DNA of 20,000 nucleotides, from positions 54,528-74,527 of IMG/VR virus record IMGVR_UViG_3300043006_000086; one strand, 5' to 3'. Each line of letters opens with the position of its first letter. The stretch's first letter is position 1. Below are positions 1 through 9,262 of the stretch, one piece after another. Under the pieces are notes generated by a model. That model was not told the origin of the DNA, made no database searches, and saw only the letters and a program-made list of their open reading frames with translations. A program made the position numbers and the translations under genes. Source of the stretch: an uncultured virus (IMG/VR IMGVR_UViG_3300043006_000086) (lineage: Duplodnaviria; Heunggongvirae; Uroviricota; Caudoviricetes).

Positions 1-1
1 C

Positions 2-2773
2 GTTGAAGAAACTGGAAAAAGTATTTTAGATTGTCGTTATTATATTTTAAAAGCAAAAACTAAACAGGCGGTTCAGAATAATGTTACTGCAACTGAAACG
101 AAAGTAGATGGAGAAGATAATACGCAAACAACTACATCTTCTTTTAACGTTTATTTAAGCACAATACTTCCAATCGCAGTAAGAAGTTCTGATGATTTTG
201 TAACTTTTGATGGAACGACAGAAATTGCTTATGATGCTTCTGGAGTAAATCCTAGTTATTATAAAAATAAATATCAACTATATAAATATAAAGATGGCCA
301 TTCAGTTGCTTTTAATGATAAAAATAGTGTATCTTGGTATATATCTAGTGGAGATCCTAAATTTGATGCAAGATATTATCCACAAGTGTCAACTGATGGA
401 ATCATTACAGTTCCTTCAATGTATATTCAAGGAAATAGTACCAAATTTGCTATTGAGGCAGTTAATAATGGTAGTGAAGATGAAGAACCTATCTTTTGGA
501 CACAACCAATTTATATTCATCAAAACACTTATTCTTCTTTAATGCTGAACTCTTGGGACGGTAGTTTGACTTATGATGAAGAAAATGGTACAATATTATC
601 AGCGATGATAGGAGCCGGAGAAAAAAATGAAGATAATCAATTCAATGGCGTTCTTATGGGAAAAGCTTCAAAAGCAGATGAAACCGCAAAACAAATTGGA
701 CTTTATGGATATAATAAAGGCGCGCAATCATTTGGATTTTTAATAGATGGAACTGCTTTTTTAGGAAAAGCAGGACATGGAAGAATTCTTTTTGATGGCG
801 ATACAGGAGTTATTCAAAGTCAGAATTATGAAAGTAATTCTGAAGGAATGAAAATTGATCTTAATACTGGAATTCTTATTTCTAAAGGACCAAAATTTTC
901 TGAAACAATAAGCTCCAGTTGGGATGAGGAGTCTGGAAAAGAGATTGAAAAAACTAGTCAAGCAATGATTAAAATAGATCCAACTCCAAGCGCAGATGAG
1001 AATGATAATACCTATGGTAATCCATATTTTCTAGTTCAAAGTTGTAATGGAAATAAGTTGATTAATATATCTTCTACAAATATGTATATTCAAACAGATG
1101 ATTTTTGTTCAACATCTGGTTCTGAAGCAGGAGTTAGATTTGATTTAAGTAGAAGTAAATTAACTGGTTATAATTTTGAATTTTTTACCAAAGAAACCGA
1201 AGGCGAATATGCTGGTTCATACGTAAAAATCGCTAGTGATGGAAATCCTTATTTAGAAGTTTATCAAAAATATACTGAAGATAATAAGGTTTTAAGAGAT
1301 CTTAAATTAATGTATATTGGGAAAAAAAACTTTATTATTCAAAGTCAAAATTGGAATAATGATGCTCAAACAGGAGTTCAATTAAACTTAGCAGGAGATA
1401 ATCCTAAATTAACTGCTTATAATTTTTCTATTAAAGCTATAGCTAATGATGAAACTTATAATGGATCTTATATTCAAATAGATAGCAGTGGAAGTCCATT
1501 TTTTAGAATCTATTATCAAAATAGTGGACAATCTTATTATAAATGGGCATCTTCAGAATGGGAAGAAGGAAAAGATTATTATTGTATGACTGACGAGGGA
1601 GAATTTACAGAGGCAAATGGAAAAGAAGCTGCTGGAACTGCTTATTATATTAAACAAACGAAGTCTGATCCCGCTACAGTACATTTAGTAGATATTACTA
1701 AGAATAATTTTGTTTTAAGATCTCAAAATTGGGATACAACAAATAAAACTGGAACTTGTTTAAATATGAATACAGGAGTTCTTAGATCTTATGATTTTAA
1801 GATTGATGCTTCTGGAAGAACTTTTACAGTTAAAGAAAATAATGTAACAACAACCAAAGAAGGTTATTTGATAATCGACAGTGGCGCAAGTGAATATCCT
1901 CTAAAAATTGGACCTTATTTTAAAGTAAAATGGAGTGGAAAAATTTATGCTACTGATGGAGAATTTAGCGGAAAAATTAATGCTGATGAAGGTTCCATTG
2001 GAGGTTGGAGCATAGATAAAGATAGACTTTATAGTAATTATACACTTTATACAGAAGATCAAGAGGAAATTTCAAGTAGTTTTATATTAAGTTCTACAGA
2101 TTTTACTAAAAAGATAAATGGGTCAGATAGAGACAAATTAAGACTGGTTATAGGTAACAATTTTGCAGTATCAAGCAGTGGAAATATTTATTGCAATGGA
2201 GCCGATATTTCTGGGGCTACTATTGGGGGAGCAACAATTTCTAAAGGAACCATTGGAGGAGCAGCAATATCTTACGGAAGCATTGAGAACGCAAACATAT
2301 CTTATGGAACCATTACTAGCGCAGAAATAACAGATTGTAACATAGGAGGAACTTTTACGCTAGGAGGAACTACAGTTGAAATAGCGACTGAAAAAGTTTT
2401 ATCTATGACTTCTGGGTTAAGTGATCGAGCAACAGTCCTAAATGATTCTACATCTCTTACACAGACAGATACCTCTGTGAGTGGTAGTATTTCTGTATCA
2501 GTTCCATCATCTAGTTTTCTTACTTCAGTAGCTGTCGACAGTGCTAGTGGAAGTGTTACTATAGGAGATAAAACTTACCCTGTAACAGTAAGTGTCTCCT
2601 TAAAAAAATCTTTTAATTCCTCTGCGGTAAGTTGTACAACTAGTAATTCTTTAACATATAAACAAGCATCATTGGATAAACAAACTTCACAATGTACAAC
2701 TCATTTAAAAAATACTTTTAAAAAACTTACGGTTTTAGCGGCTACAAGTGCAGGAACAGAAACTGAATCTTAA
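2..2773 (+). CDS. Large phage tail protein (central fibre/spike-like), 5'-truncated, >923 aa, with internal repeats and a C-terminal beta-helix-like segment
   Basis: The frame of the track ORF 386..2773 is open back to position 2 (VEETGKSILDCRYYILK...), so the GTG at 386 is internal. It has GFLIDGTAFLG, four [IL][QR][ST]Q/DN/D[WYF]..G repeats, GEFSGKINADEGSIGGWSI and a 5-residue-period G/A-x-I run, all typical of phage tail-tip proteins. Ends with TAA at 2771-2773. Confidence 0.75.
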   Translation, partial: VEETGKSILDCRYYILKAKTKQAVQNNVTATETKVDGEDNTQTTTSSFNVYLSTILPIAVRSSDDFVTFDGTTEIAYDASGVNPSYYKNKYQLYKYKDGHSVAFNDKNSVSWYISSGDPKFDARYYPQVSTDGIITVPSMYIQGNSTKFAIEAVNNGSEDEEPIFWTQPIYIHQNTYSSLMLNSWDGSLTYDEENGTILSAMIGAGEKNEDNQFNGVLMGKASKADETAKQIGLYGYNKGAQSFGFLIDGTAFLGKAGHGRILFDGDTGVIQSQNYESNSEGMKIDLNTGILISKGPKFSETISSSWDEESGKEIEKTSQAMIKIDPTPSADENDNTYGNPYFLVQSCNGNKLINISSTNMYIQTDDFCSTSGSEAGVRFDLSRSKLTGYNFEFFTKETEGEYAGSYVKIASDGNPYLEVYQKYTEDNKVLRDLKLMYIGKKNFIIQSQNWNNDAQTGVQLNLAGDNPKLTAYNFSIKAIANDETYNGSYIQIDSSGSPFFRIYYQNSGQSYYKWASSEWEEGKDYYCMTDEGEFTEANGKEAAGTAYYIKQTKSDPATVHLVDITKNNFVLRSQNWDTTNKTGTCLNMNTGVLRSYDFKIDASGRTFTVKENNVTTTKEGYLIIDSGASEYPLKIGPYFKVKWSGKIYATDGEFSGKINADEGSIGGWSIDKDRLYSNYTLYTEDQEEISSSFILSSTDFTKKINGSDRDKLRLVIGNNFAVSSSGNIYCNGADISGATIGGATISKGTIGGAAISYGSIENANISYGTITSAEITDCNIGGTFTLGGTTVEIATEKVLSMTSGLSDRATVLNDSTSLTQTDTSVSGSISVSVPSSSFLTSVAVDSASGSVTIGDKTYPVTVSVSLKKSFNSSAVSCTTSNSLTYKQASLDKQTSQCTTHLKNTFKKLTVLAATSAGTETES
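812..1910 (+). repeat. Four degenerate protein-level repeats in the first tail protein
   Basis: IQSQNY..GMKIDL (812), IQTDDF..GVRFDL..KLTGYNF..GSYVKIASDGNPY (1087), IQSQNW..GVQLNL..KLTAYNF..GSYIQIDSSGSPF (1337), LRSQNW..GTCLNM..LRSYDF..GYLIIDSGASEYP (about 1715). Confidence 0.8.
2201..2350 (+). repeat. Pentapeptide-period repeat (ADISG ATIGG ATISK GTIGG AAISY GSIEN ANISY GTITS AEITD CNIGG)
   Basis: Ten 5-aa units with Ile at position 3. The periodicity is also visible in DNA (atatcttacggaagcattg / atatcttatggaaccatta, 30 nt apart). Confidence 0.85.
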
Positions 2774-2811
2774 AAGTTAATTCTATAAATAATAAAAAGG
2801 AGAAAAAGGAT

Positions 2812-3198
2812 ATGACAAAAACTTTTACAAACAATGAAATTTATAATTATGCAACTCTTTTAGGAGATGCTTTTAACAATAGCGAACTTTATCTTCCAGT
2901 TAAGATAAATTTCTATTTACAAAAAAATATTACTGCTATTACTGAATTAGCAAAATCTATTGAGGATTCTCGTATGAAAATTGCTCAGCATTATGGAAAA
3001 ATGAATGAAGATGGACAAGGATTTCAGATTCCACCAGAAAACATTGAGCAGGCTAGTAAAGAACTTGAAGATCTTTTCAATCTTGAACAGGAAGTAAAAA
3101 TTTATACAATTAAACTTGATACTTTTGATGATACTCAGATTTCAACTAAACAGATGCAAGCTATTTTATTTATGATTGAAGATCCAGAGGAGGAGTAA
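2812..3198 (+). CDS. Small helical phage protein, DUF1617-like (128 aa)
   Basis: AAGGAG and AAGGA lie upstream of the ATG. The pattern LPVKINFYLQKN...R.KIAQHYG.MNEDG...KELEDL.NLEQEV.I..I resembles the DUF1617-type proteins I recall downstream of phage tail genes. Not verified by search. Confidence 0.6.
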   Translation: MTKTFTNNEIYNYATLLGDAFNNSELYLPVKINFYLQKNITAITELAKSIEDSRMKIAQHYGKMNEDGQGFQIPPENIEQASKELEDLFNLEQEVKIYTIKLDTFDDTQISTKQMQAILFMIEDPEEE

Positions 3199-3202
3199 TA
3201 TA

Positions 3203-3406
3203 ATGACTACAGAACAGATTTCAGAACTTATTAAAACATATAATACTCTTTTGTTAATTTCAACAAAAGGAAAAGATACTCTTATGATGGCTAAATGCCT
3301 TGAAGCTTTACAAGGAATTATTTCTGAAACCGCAAAATCTCTCGGAGTAGAGCTTGAAGAAGTTCCGATTGCAGAAGAGGAAACTGAAACAGAAAAAGAG
3401 GAGTAA
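3203..3406 (+). CDS. Small acidic hypothetical protein (67 aa, MTTEQISELIK...)
   Basis: GAGGAGGAG (about 3187-3195) sits 7 nt before ATG 3203, a better start than the track's TTG at 3176. The ORF fills the gap between its neighbours. Confidence 0.75.
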   Translation: MTTEQISELIKTYNTLLLISTKGKDTLMMAKCLEALQGIISETAKSLGVELEEVPIAEEETETEKEE

Positions 3407-3412
3407 AAGAAT

Positions 3413-5989
3413 ATGGCTACAAAATTGTACCCGCCTAGCATAGGAGGCACAATTCCGGCTTTCTGCGGGACCACCTTAGTGGTCCCGTTTTCTATGAATA
3501 GAGCAGTGTCAAGAATAGAAGTAGCCGGATTTAGATTAAAAATAAAGACTGTAAGTGGCAATCAAATCGCTGTTTTAAAAACATCAAATTCCACAGACTA
3601 TGATATGCAATCAGATATGTATGTTCAATTTGATGTCACCTCAATTAAAAGTCAATTAAATATTGGGCAATATTATAAAATTCAATTAGCTTATGTGAGT
3701 AAAGGTGGCGTAGTTGGTTACTATTCTACTGTTGGAGTCATTAAATATACAACAGAGCCTTCTGTAGTAATTAGTGGATTGACTTTTGGTTCTGTTAATA
3801 TGCACAATTATAGATATGTTGGAGTTTATAGTCAGGCTGGAGATAATCAAGATTCAACTGAAAAAATGTACTCATCAAGATTTAAAGTATATGATAGTAA
3901 TGATGTTTTAATAAAAGATTCTGGTGAAATTATTCATAATATTAATAATGATATAACCCCAGATGAATCTCAAGAAGAATTTTTACTATCAATAGACTTA
4001 TCTCTTGATAAATCTTATTATATTCAATTTTCTATTACATCCACTAATGGATTAGAAAAAAGTTCTAATAGATATAGAATAATGCAACGTAGATCAATTA
4101 GTCCAGAAATTAATGCAGAATTGGTTGCTACATTAGACCAAGATAATGGAAATATTCTATTAACAATGAATGATACTATTGATAGTGTTGTTTCTGGAAC
4201 TTTCTTAATCTCTCGTGCAAGTAGTTTAAATGGATACGCTTGGGAAGAGTTTAGACGATTTGATCTTCAGTCAATGATTCCAGATCAATGGAGTCTTCTT
4301 GATTGCACGATTGAACAAGGAGCAACATATAGATATTCATTACAACAATATAATGAAAATGGAATTTACTCAGATAGATTATGTTCTAAAGATATTTTTG
4401 CGGACTTTGAGGATGCCTTTTTATATGATGGCGAACGCCAATTAAAAATTCGTTTCAATCCTAAAGTTTCAACTTTTAAGAATGATATTCTCGAAACTAA
4501 GACAGAAACAATGGGAAGTAAGCATCCTTTTATAACAAGAAATGGCAACGTTAACTATGTTGAGTTAGCTCTTTCTGGACTAATTTCTTATCAAATGGAC
4601 GAAGCAGAATTGTTCATGACTAAGGAAGAGTTGGGGATTTCCTCAAACATTACAGATTTGACTGGTGAAAATATTACGGCTGAAAGAATCTTTAAGACAG
4701 CTGTTTTAGAATGGCTTACAGATGGTAATGCAAAGATATTTAGGTCTCCAACAGAAGGTAACTTTATTGTTCGATTAATGAATGTATCTTTGAGTCCAAA
4801 TGATACGGTCGGCCGCATGCTCCACACATTTACTTGTACAGCATACGAAATTGCGGATTATACCACAGATAACCTAGAATACTACGGACTTATTGATCCA
4901 ACAGAGAATCTTAAAACAATGACTAGATGGACAACAGTTGATTTGCTTGCAATAAAGAAAACATTAAGTGAAGATGATAAAAGAGAGAAAATCCAAGTAA
5001 ATGATAAAGTGGCTTATTCAGTATTCTTTGTCGATATGATGCCTGGCGCAATGATTTATATAGATGGAGAATCTATTAAGATTGGTGCTACTGGATCATA
5101 TTCCGCGCAAGCTACAACAACTCCATTTAATAAGATTGAAGTTGCAGTAGATTCTTTATCTTATGGATTATTGACTTATAGTTATCAAACTAAAGCTGTT
5201 AGTATATTTGGTAACATTCAACAGATTAATATTGAAGATGTTCCTTGCCAACAGATTATTGGTAAGATAGATACAGATGTATATTCATATATTCAAGATA
5301 CTAGAACTAGTGTTCTAAAATTATCTATGGCGAGATTTATTAAAAGAGATGTTGAATATGTTTTCTGTAATGTTGAGAAAGCAAGTGATTTCAATCCATA
5401 TAATTCTTATACTTATTATACTGATGCTATGTGTCAGAATGAGATTACATCATTAGACACTTTAAAACTATATCAAATCAGATGTAAAAGATCTGCCGGA
5501 AAAGAAATTCCTGGCGAAGGAGTATATGTTGATGCTAATTTTGATATATTTGCACCTTACTTAGATTATTATCTTGATGGAACAAAACCTTTAAATCAAA
5601 CTCCACAGGAAATAACAGATGACTTATTTCAGATTTCTATTGATGGTGAAATTATTGACATTACAGAAACTGAAAAATATAAAATAGCTTCAACTGATGA
5701 AGTTAAAATTATTATCCCAAGTAATGGAGTTATCACTGAGGTTGGCTATTCAAAACAAATTGCGGTATACTCCTTTGAAGAAGATGAAGGTGGAGACTCA
5801 GAGGTAATAAAAGCAAAAGCAGATTATGTAGCAGCATTATCAAACTATGAGACAGTTAAAACAAATGAAAATAGTAGCACTGATGATGTAGATAGAAAAA
5901 GAGAAGATGTAAAAGAGAAATATAAAATTTTTATTAGCGAGCTAGATACGGCTATAAAAGATTATAAGGAGGCGAATGGTATAGAATGA
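3413..5989 (+). CDS. Phage tail/baseplate structural protein (858 aa): N-terminal Ig/Fn3-like beta domains and a central distal-tail (Dit)-like region
   Basis: GAGGAG RBS at 3398-3403. Fn3-like motifs (LDKSYYIQFSITSTNG; DCTIEQGATYRYSLQ). The central segment TETMGSKHPFITRNGNVNY..LSGLIS...VLEWLTDGNAKIFRSPTEGNFIVRL.NVSL...HTFTCTAYEI resembles Dit/tail-tube-fold proteins. The Dit call is an inference. Confidence 0.6.
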   Translation: MATKLYPPSIGGTIPAFCGTTLVVPFSMNRAVSRIEVAGFRLKIKTVSGNQIAVLKTSNSTDYDMQSDMYVQFDVTSIKSQLNIGQYYKIQLAYVSKGGVVGYYSTVGVIKYTTEPSVVISGLTFGSVNMHNYRYVGVYSQAGDNQDSTEKMYSSRFKVYDSNDVLIKDSGEIIHNINNDITPDESQEEFLLSIDLSLDKSYYIQFSITSTNGLEKSSNRYRIMQRRSISPEINAELVATLDQDNGNILLTMNDTIDSVVSGTFLISRASSLNGYAWEEFRRFDLQSMIPDQWSLLDCTIEQGATYRYSLQQYNENGIYSDRLCSKDIFADFEDAFLYDGERQLKIRFNPKVSTFKNDILETKTETMGSKHPFITRNGNVNYVELALSGLISYQMDEAELFMTKEELGISSNITDLTGENITAERIFKTAVLEWLTDGNAKIFRSPTEGNFIVRLMNVSLSPNDTVGRMLHTFTCTAYEIADYTTDNLEYYGLIDPTENLKTMTRWTTVDLLAIKKTLSEDDKREKIQVNDKVAYSVFFVDMMPGAMIYIDGESIKIGATGSYSAQATTTPFNKIEVAVDSLSYGLLTYSYQTKAVSIFGNIQQINIEDVPCQQIIGKIDTDVYSYIQDTRTSVLKLSMARFIKRDVEYVFCNVEKASDFNPYNSYTYYTDAMCQNEITSLDTLKLYQIRCKRSAGKEIPGEGVYVDANFDIFAPYLDYYLDGTKPLNQTPQEITDDLFQISIDGEIIDITETEKYKIASTDEVKIIIPSNGVITEVGYSKQIAVYSFEEDEGGDSEVIKAKADYVAALSNYETVKTNENSSTDDVDRKREDVKEKYKIFISELDTAIKDYKEANGIE

Positions 5990-8892
5990 GAAATCCGTTA
6001 TATGATAAAGATTTTTTAAAAGAATTGGATAATCAAAAAGAACGTGAAATATATACCAAAATTATCGCCTTAGATTTAAATGAAAATCCAGTAGAAGAAG
6101 TGTCAGGTAGAGTAACGCAAGGTTCTGTCAGTATTGATGGGACCTCTGCGGTCCGCCGCACATGTTCTTTATCCATGGTCGCACAAGAAATGAATATTCA
6201 TGAATATTATTGGGGCATGAATACAAAATTCAAACTTGCTGTTGGAATGAAGAATAAAATAAATAGTAAATATCCAGATATTATTTGGTTTCCGCAAGGT
6301 ATTTATTTAATTACTTCATTCAGCACATCTCAAGGAACATCTTCTTATACAATTTCAATTTCTGGAAAAGATAAGATGTGTTTATTAAATGGAGATATTG
6401 GAGGTTCTATATACTCATTAACATATGATTTTGGTACAATGGATTATATCACTGCGGAAGGTGATACTATTAATGAATCCATTGAAATTAAAGATATTAT
6501 TCGAGAAATAGTACATGAGTTTGCGCAAGAGCCTTATCATAATATTGTAATCAATGATTTGGAAGATTGCGGTGTTGAGCTTTTGGAATACCGAGGTTCA
6601 ACTGACATGTTTCTTATAGTCAACCAAAACTCAAATGAAGTAACTGGAATGTCTTTTAATGAAAATCAAGGCGGATATTATGGTTATAATATAGATGGAG
6701 TGTTTAAAGATAATATAACTTTAGGGAATCTTGAGTCAGATGCTATCAAAGGGAGATATGATCATCGAATTTCATTAAATACAAATGCGGCAGACCCAAC
6801 TTATATATATGTTAAATCAGATACAACAAAAACGCCATATACAGTAATTAGAGTCACTTATGGAGATGTTGTTGGATATAGAGAAACTTCATTAACATAT
6901 GCAGGAGATTTAATTGGAAATGTAGGAGAGTCATTAACTTCTTCCTGTCTTGATAAGATTAAAAATATGTTGGGAGATTTTGAATATTTTTATGATCTTG
7001 ATGGCAGATTTATCTTTCAAAGAAAAAAGACTTATACAAATGTATCTTGGAATAATATTACAACAACAGATGATGAAACATATGTAGATAATTCAGCATA
7101 CTTATCTGCGGATGATTATTCATTTGATGATAGTAATTTAATTACTTCATTTTCAAACTCTCCAGATTTAGCTAATTTAAAAAATGATTTTTCTATATGG
7201 GGCACGCGCACATCAGTTAGTGGTTCAGAATTACCAGTTCATTTAAGATATGCGATAGATAAAAAGCCATATATTTATCAAACTTTAGGTGGTCATTTAT
7301 ATATGACTCAAGAGTATTATGATAATATAGAAAATCTTGGCTCTTTTGGATCATCTATAGTTACAAAAGATTCTTTTAGGACTCACACAATGCCCGAAGG
7401 ATTAGATGATAATTGGTGGGAAATTGAAGACTGGGCAAAATATTATGAATATTTAACTGGTGCACTTCCAGACCAAAAATTAAGTAACTATTGGACTGAA
7501 TATACAAAAATTGATTTGGAGCAATACTTTGGAATAGGTAACGATGTTAGATGGAATGCTTCAAAATTATTATTTTTATTTGATGTTGATTCTAATGGAG
7601 ATTTAGCTTATATAGGCCATAATCCATCTTCGCTGACAGCTGATCCAAATGTTAATCATAAAACTTGCGAGCATACTTATACTTATTTATTAAACTGTAA
7701 ATATGAGAAAGGCTGGACTTCTTATATTTATAAACCGCAAATTCCAGAATTTACGCTTACTGATGAAATTAAAGATAAAGTAGCAAATATGGAAGCAACT
7801 ATCTGTGATTGGAGAGAGATAATTTACCAAATGGCAGTTGATTATATTCAGCATCATAAAGAAGATGATTTTGTTTCTCAGGTAGCTACAAATAATCCAA
7901 ACTTTTATTCTAGCGGATATACTGGATATGAAATGTATTACACAGATTTATATTCCTTTTGGAGAGATTTATATAACCCAGATTATACTTATACTTATTC
8001 AATATCTGGATGTTATAAATCTGCATATGAAGCGAAGCCAGAAGACTATTATTGGTATGAACAGTGTACAAGTTCAGATGAGTATGATTCAAAAACGCAA
8101 TATTATTCTTTGACTTTATATGGTACATATACAGTTAGAAAAATTACAGAAGAAACTTTTAATAAAGATAAAACAAGTTTTTATTATTTAAAGCAAGGTA
8201 CGTCTAAAGATACTTTTGAAGTTGATAGAATCTATTATTGTAAAGTAGAAGATGAATTTGATTCAGAATCCCATTGGAGTAAGACAATTTCAGAATCACC
8301 AGAAAGTTTAAATTTTTGGTTTGATTTTTTAGATAACGATGGTGGTGACCTTTCTCAATACTCAGTTCGTAATGTTGGAGATAGGCCCAAATCTGTTAAT
8401 GATTCTGATGTAAAAGCCATTTATTTTAGAGATACACCGACTGTTATTTTTTTGGATCCCGCGCAGATTGAAGATGATATTAGAGAAGCTTGGGAAGTTG
8501 AAATGGCTAAGGATAATACTTTAGGGCCTTTAACAGAAGATCAACTGCAAAAGAAGATACAGGAAGAAATAGACAAGCAGAAAGACTTGAAGCCAGGTTA
8601 TACTTTCTTTAAATTACAAAGTTATTTAGAGAATTTATTTACTATTAGCTCTCAAGGAAAATCTGCGCAAGATGCATTAGATGATTTTCTCTATCAATAT
8701 TCTTATTGCACAGAGACAATTACTATTAATGCACTACCAGTATATTATCTTCAACCAAATACTAGAATATTTGTAAGAGATGATAATAGTGGTATTAATG
8801 GTGAATATATCGTTACAAGAATTACGTTACCATTAAATTATAATGGAACAATGTCAATTACAGCGACAAAAGCTGTAGATAGAATATATTAG
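5986..8892 (+). CDS. Phage baseplate hub / tail-associated (Tal-like, possibly DUF5047/DUF5048-related) protein, 968 aa
   Basis: ATGA overlap with the upstream stop (5986-5989) and AAGGAGG at 5966-5972. Motifs GSVSIDGTSAVRRTCSL, WFPQGIYLITS, ISGKDKMCLLNG, EYFYDLDGRFIFQ, and a C-terminal ITINALPVYYLQPN...GEYIVTRITLPL..GTMSITA are typical of hub-like tail proteins. Confidence 0.65.
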   Translation: MRNPLYDKDFLKELDNQKEREIYTKIIALDLNENPVEEVSGRVTQGSVSIDGTSAVRRTCSLSMVAQEMNIHEYYWGMNTKFKLAVGMKNKINSKYPDIIWFPQGIYLITSFSTSQGTSSYTISISGKDKMCLLNGDIGGSIYSLTYDFGTMDYITAEGDTINESIEIKDIIREIVHEFAQEPYHNIVINDLEDCGVELLEYRGSTDMFLIVNQNSNEVTGMSFNENQGGYYGYNIDGVFKDNITLGNLESDAIKGRYDHRISLNTNAADPTYIYVKSDTTKTPYTVIRVTYGDVVGYRETSLTYAGDLIGNVGESLTSSCLDKIKNMLGDFEYFYDLDGRFIFQRKKTYTNVSWNNITTTDDETYVDNSAYLSADDYSFDDSNLITSFSNSPDLANLKNDFSIWGTRTSVSGSELPVHLRYAIDKKPYIYQTLGGHLYMTQEYYDNIENLGSFGSSIVTKDSFRTHTMPEGLDDNWWEIEDWAKYYEYLTGALPDQKLSNYWTEYTKIDLEQYFGIGNDVRWNASKLLFLFDVDSNGDLAYIGHNPSSLTADPNVNHKTCEHTYTYLLNCKYEKGWTSYIYKPQIPEFTLTDEIKDKVANMEATICDWREIIYQMAVDYIQHHKEDDFVSQVATNNPNFYSSGYTGYEMYYTDLYSFWRDLYNPDYTYTYSISGCYKSAYEAKPEDYYWYEQCTSSDEYDSKTQYYSLTLYGTYTVRKITEETFNKDKTSFYYLKQGTSKDTFEVDRIYYCKVEDEFDSESHWSKTISESPESLNFWFDFLDNDGGDLSQYSVRNVGDRPKSVNDSDVKAIYFRDTPTVIFLDPAQIEDDIREAWEVEMAKDNTLGPLTEDQLQKKIQEEIDKQKDLKPGYTFFKLQSYLENLFTISSQGKSAQDALDDFLYQYSYCTETITINALPVYYLQPNTRIFVRDDNSGINGEYIVTRITLPLNYNGTMSITATKAVDRIY

Positions 8893-8907
8893 GAGGATAA
8901 GGAGAAT

Positions 8908-9258
8908 ATGGCAAAAAAAGTAAAACAATATCGTTACTATAATGAGCCATCAGCCGCAGGTATAACTAAAAATCAGCCGACCAGTTCAAAACGTTCAGAT
9001 TTTGTTTCTGGTTCTGTTTTTGGAGATAACTTCCCAGTTCTTCAGCTAGGTATTCAAGCTCTTCCTGGAACTAAATTCTACCTTAATGATGGGGTTGACC
9101 CCATCATTATTGGTAGTACAGGAATTTATGAATTAGATTTAAGTGAAGAGACTGAAATTAGCGCAATTTCTTTTGATGCAGATTCAATGAAATTAATTTC
9201 AGAAAATAATAACGCTTATTTAATAGTGGATATTATTTATGATAATGGGGAGGATTGA
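8908..9258 (+). CDS. Small beta-rich putative virion protein (116 aa)
   Basis: AGGAGG (8891-8896) and AAGGAG (8899-8904) upstream. Motif LGIQALPGTKFYLN..IIIGSTGIYEL. Confidence 0.75.
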   Translation: MAKKVKQYRYYNEPSAAGITKNQPTSSKRSDFVSGSVFGDNFPVLQLGIQALPGTKFYLNDGVDPIIIGSTGIYELDLSEETEISAISFDADSMKLISENNNAYLIVDIIYDNGED

Positions 9259-9262
9259 TTGA

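Noticed and set aside
2784..2791. TATAAATA T4-late-promoter-like box (also ATAAATA at 14768-14774 and TATAAT at 17598-17603)
   Set aside because: The sequence is very AT-rich, the same octamer occurs inside a CDS (281-288), and no -35 element or consistent shared motif supports a promoter call.
3121..3210. Programmed frameshift joining the 128-aa and 67-aa ORFs, as in tail assembly chaperones
   Set aside because: The downstream frame is +1, is closed by TGA at 3173-3175, has no XXXYYYZ slippery site in the overlap, and has its own strong RBS.
7280..7800. Possible intein or intron-like insertion in the 968-aa protein
   Set aside because: I see no Cys/Ser start with a His-Asn end and no LAGLIDADG/HNH motif, and the frame is uninterrupted. 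It may be an ordinary inserted domain, which needs an alignment to judge.
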